64,000 bases of DNA from Eledone cirrhosa (lineage: Eukaryota), in the NCBI GenBank assembly GCA_964016885.1, contig CAXHJY010001551.1:124001-188000 (forward strand), in the 5' to 3' direction. The notes below the pieces were generated by a model, which made no database searches, was not told the origin of the DNA, and was given only the letters and a program-made list of their open reading frames with translations. The translations under genes and the position numbers were made by a program. Shown piece by piece: positions 61,401 through 64,000 of this stretch (position 1 is the first letter of the stretch; the number at the start of each line of letters is the position of its first letter).

Positions 61401-64000
61401 GCTAAGCTATCCTAAGCTATTCTAAGCTAAGCTATCCTAAGCTATCCTAAGCTAAGCTAAGCTATCCTAAGCTAAGCTAAGCTAAGCTAAGCTATCCTAA
61501 GCTAAGCTATGCTAAGCTAAGCTATCCTAAGCTAAGCTAAGCTAAGCTATCCTAAGCTAAGCTAAGCTAAGCTATCCTAAGCTAAGCTAAGCTATCCTAA
61601 GCTAAGCTAAGCTAAGCTATCCTAAGCTAAGCTAAGCTATCCTAAGCTAAGCTAAGCTAAGCTAAGCTATCCTAAGCTAAGCTAAGCTAAGCTATCCTAA
61701 GCTAAGCTAAGCTAAGCTATCCTAAGCTAAGCTAAGCTAAGCTATCCTAAGCTAAGCTAAGCTATCCTAAGCTAAGCTAAGCTAAGCTATCCTAAGCTAA
61801 GCTAAGCTATCCTAAGCTAAGCTAAGCTAAGCTATCCTAAGCTAAGCTAAGCTAAGCTATCCTAAGCTAAGCTAAGCTATCCTAAGCTAAGCTAAGCTAA
61901 GCTATCCTAAGCTAAGCTAAGCTAAGCTATCCTAAGCTATCCTAAGCTAAGCAATCCTAAGCTAAGCTAAGCTGAGCTATCCTAAGCTAAGCTAAGCTAT
62001 CCGAAGCTAAGCTAAGCTAAGCTATCCTAAGCTAAGCTATCCTAAGCTATCCTAAGCTAAGCTATCCTAAGCTAAGCTATACTAAGCTATCCTAAGCTAA
62101 GCTATCCTAAGCTAAGCTAAGCTAAGCTATCCTAAGCTAAGCTAAGCTAAGCTATCATAAGCTAAGCTAAGCTATCCTAAGCTAAGCTAAGCTAAGCTAT
62201 CCTAAGCTAAGCAAAGCTAAGTTATCCTAAGCTAAGCTAAGCTAAGCTATCCTAAGCTATCCTAAGCTAAGCTATCCTAAGCTAAGCTATCCTAAGGTAA
62301 GCTATCCTAAGCTATCCTAAGCTAAGCTATCCTAAGCTATCCTAAGCTAAGCTAAGCTAAGCTATCCTAAGCTAAGCTAAGCTAAGCTATCCTAAGCTAA
62401 GCTAAGCTAAGCTAAGCTAAGCTAAGCTAAGCTATCCTAAGCTAAGCTAAGCTATCCTAAGCTAAGCTAAGCTATCCTAAGCTAAGCTAAACTAAGCTCT
62501 CCTAAGCTAAGCTAAGCTAAGCTATCCTAAGCTTAGCTAAGCTATCCTAAGCTAAGCTAAGCTAAGCTATCCTAAGCTAAGCTAAGCTATCCTAAGCTAA
62601 GCTAAGCTAAGCTATCCTAAGCTAAGCTAAGCTAAGCTATCCTAAGCTAAGCTAAGCTAAGCTATCCTAAGCTAAGCTAAGCTAAGCTATCCTAAGCTAA
62701 GCTAAGCTATCCTAAGCTAAGCTAAGCTAAGCTATCCTAAGCTAAGCTAAGCTAAGCTATCCTAAGCTAAGCTAAGCTAAGCTATCCTAAGCTATCCTAA
62801 GCTATCCTAAGCTAAGCTAAGCTATCCTAAGCTAAGCTAAGCTAAGCTATCCTAAGCTAAGCTAAGCTATCCTAAGCTAAGCTAAGCTAAGCTATCCTAA
62901 GCTAAGCTAAGCTATCCTAAGCTAAGCTAAGCTAAGCTATCCTAAGCTAAGCTAAGCTATCCTAAGCTATCCTAAGCTAAGCTATCCTAAGCTAAGCTAA
63001 GCTAAGCTATCCTAAGCTAAGCTAAGCTAAGCTATCCTAAGCTAAGCTAAGCTAAGCTATCCTAAGCTAAGCTATCCTAAGCTAACCTAAGCTAAGCTAA
63101 GCTATCCTAAGCTAAGCTAAGCTATCCTAAGCTAAGCTAAGCTAAGCTATCCTAAGCTAAGCTAAGCTAAGCTATCCTAAGCTCTCCTAAGCTAAGCTAT
63201 CCTAAGCTAAGCTAAGCTAAGCTATCCTAAGCTAAGCTAAGCTATCCTAAGCTAAGCTAAGCTAAGCTATCCTAAGCTAAGCTATCCTAAGCTATCCTAA
63301 GCTAAGCTAAGCTAAGCTATCCTAAGCTAAGCTATCCTAAGCTATCCTAAGCTAAGCTAAGCTAAGATAAGCTATCCTAAGCTAAGCTATCCTAAGCTAA
63401 GCTATCCTAAGCTATCCTAAGCTAAGCTATCCTAAGCTATCCTAAGCTAAGCTATCCTAAGCTATCCTAAGCTATCCTAAGCTAAGCTAAGCTAAGCTAT
63501 CCTAAGCTAAGCTAAGCTAAGCTATCCTAAGCTAAGCTAAGCTAAGCTATCCTAAGCTATCCTAAGCTAAGCTAAGCTAAGCTATCCTAAGCTAAGCTAT
63601 CCTAAGCTATCCTAAGCTAAGCTATCCTAAGCTAAGCTATCCTAAGCTAAGCTATCCTAAGCTATCCTAAGCTAAGCTATCCTAAGCTATCCTAAGCTAA
63701 GCTAAGCTATCCTAAGCTAAGCTAAGCTAAGCTATCCTAAGCTAAGCTAAGCTAAGCTTTCCTAAGCTATCCTAAGCTAAGCTATCCTAAGCTAAGCTAT
63801 CCTAAGCTATCCTAAGCTAAGCTAAGCTAAGCTATCCTAAGCTAAGCTATCCTAAGCTAAGCTAAGCTAAGCTATCCTAAGCTAAGCTATCCTGTGCTAA
63901 GCTAAGCTAAGCTATCCTAAGCTAAGCTAAGCTAAGCTATCCTAAGCTAAGCTATCCTAAGCTAAGCTAAGCTAAGCTATCCTAAGCTAAGCTAAGCTAT
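55430..64000 (+). repeat. Copy of ~21190-29170 (offset ~34.25 kb) continuing as a copy of ~33140-33700 (offset 30305)
   Basis: AAACTAT 21507/55752, AGGTAT 23821/58071, CCTCAG ~24012/~58262, deletion 24680/58930, CCGAAG 25971/60236, GATAA 29086 and 33061/63366, CCTGTG 33589/63894. Confidence 0.9.

Larger units (their letters stand above)
1..64000. repeat. Compound pentamer/decamer satellite array: (GCTAA)n interspersed with GCTATCCTAA; minus strand (TTAGC)n / TTAGGATAGC
   Basis: Every line parses into the pentamers GCTAA, GCTAT and CCTAA (each 2/5 GC, so about 40% GC), with sparse point variants. One orientation throughout. The array runs off both window edges. Confidence 0.99.

Noticed and set aside
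1-64000. Protein-coding ORFs
   Set aside because: The 5-bp period places TAA (plus strand) and TAG (minus strand) in all three frames every few codons. Under a code reading TAA/TAG as Gln the frames would be open (AKLSQ-like repeats), but nothing indicates codon-level constraint, and indels come in multiples of 5 rather than 3.
1-64000. CRISPR array or other repeat-spacer system
   Set aside because: There are no unique spacers and no associated genes. The variable part between B words is only the copy number of GCTAA.
1-64000. Canonical (TTAGG)n or nematode (TTAGGC)n telomere; G-quadruplex array
   Set aside because: TTAGG is almost never tandem, TTAGGC is not the unit, and there are no GGG tracts outside rare variants. 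Only the weaker telomere-related hypothesis is kept.
1-64000. Pure sequencing artefact (polymerase stutter or low-complexity junk)
   Set aside because: Ordered rare variants recur at consistent multi-kb offsets with nested history, which random error would not produce. Misassembly of individual duplications remains possible.
1-64000. A/B pattern as an information-carrying code, or CTAA/CTAAC as splice branch points or promoter motifs
   Set aside because: The pattern is explained by slippage plus duplication. Short motif matches are inevitable consequences of the repeat unit and have no gene context.
1-64000. Assignment to a named satellite family, organism or definite centromere
   Set aside because: I do not recognise the motif with confidence. 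This needs a database search and chromatin data.

Overview
The whole 64 kb window is one uninterrupted, single-orientation satellite array. I see no genes, RNA genes, transposons, CRISPR array or unique sequence. It is built from two 5-bp-registered words: A = GCTAA and B = GCTATCCTAA. On the minus strand these read TTAGC and TTAGGATAGC, so B contains the arthropod telomere pentamer TTAGG. The words combine as B + A(0-7), mostly into 25-bp units (AAAB or BBA). Rare substitutions and 11 one-base deletions act as markers. They reveal nested same-orientation duplications: local ones of 100-555 bp, tandem ones of about 1.27, 1.74, 1.76, 1.9, 2.55, 3.3 and 3.96 kb, and long-range ones at offsets of about 20.4, 30.3/34.3 and 35.5 kb. 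The long-range copies include a circularly permuted block order that implies a ~15.1 kb unit. The array looks like eukaryotic heterochromatic, centromeric or subtelomeric satellite, but organism and function cannot be determined from this window. All block boundaries were read by eye from marker variants and are approximate.
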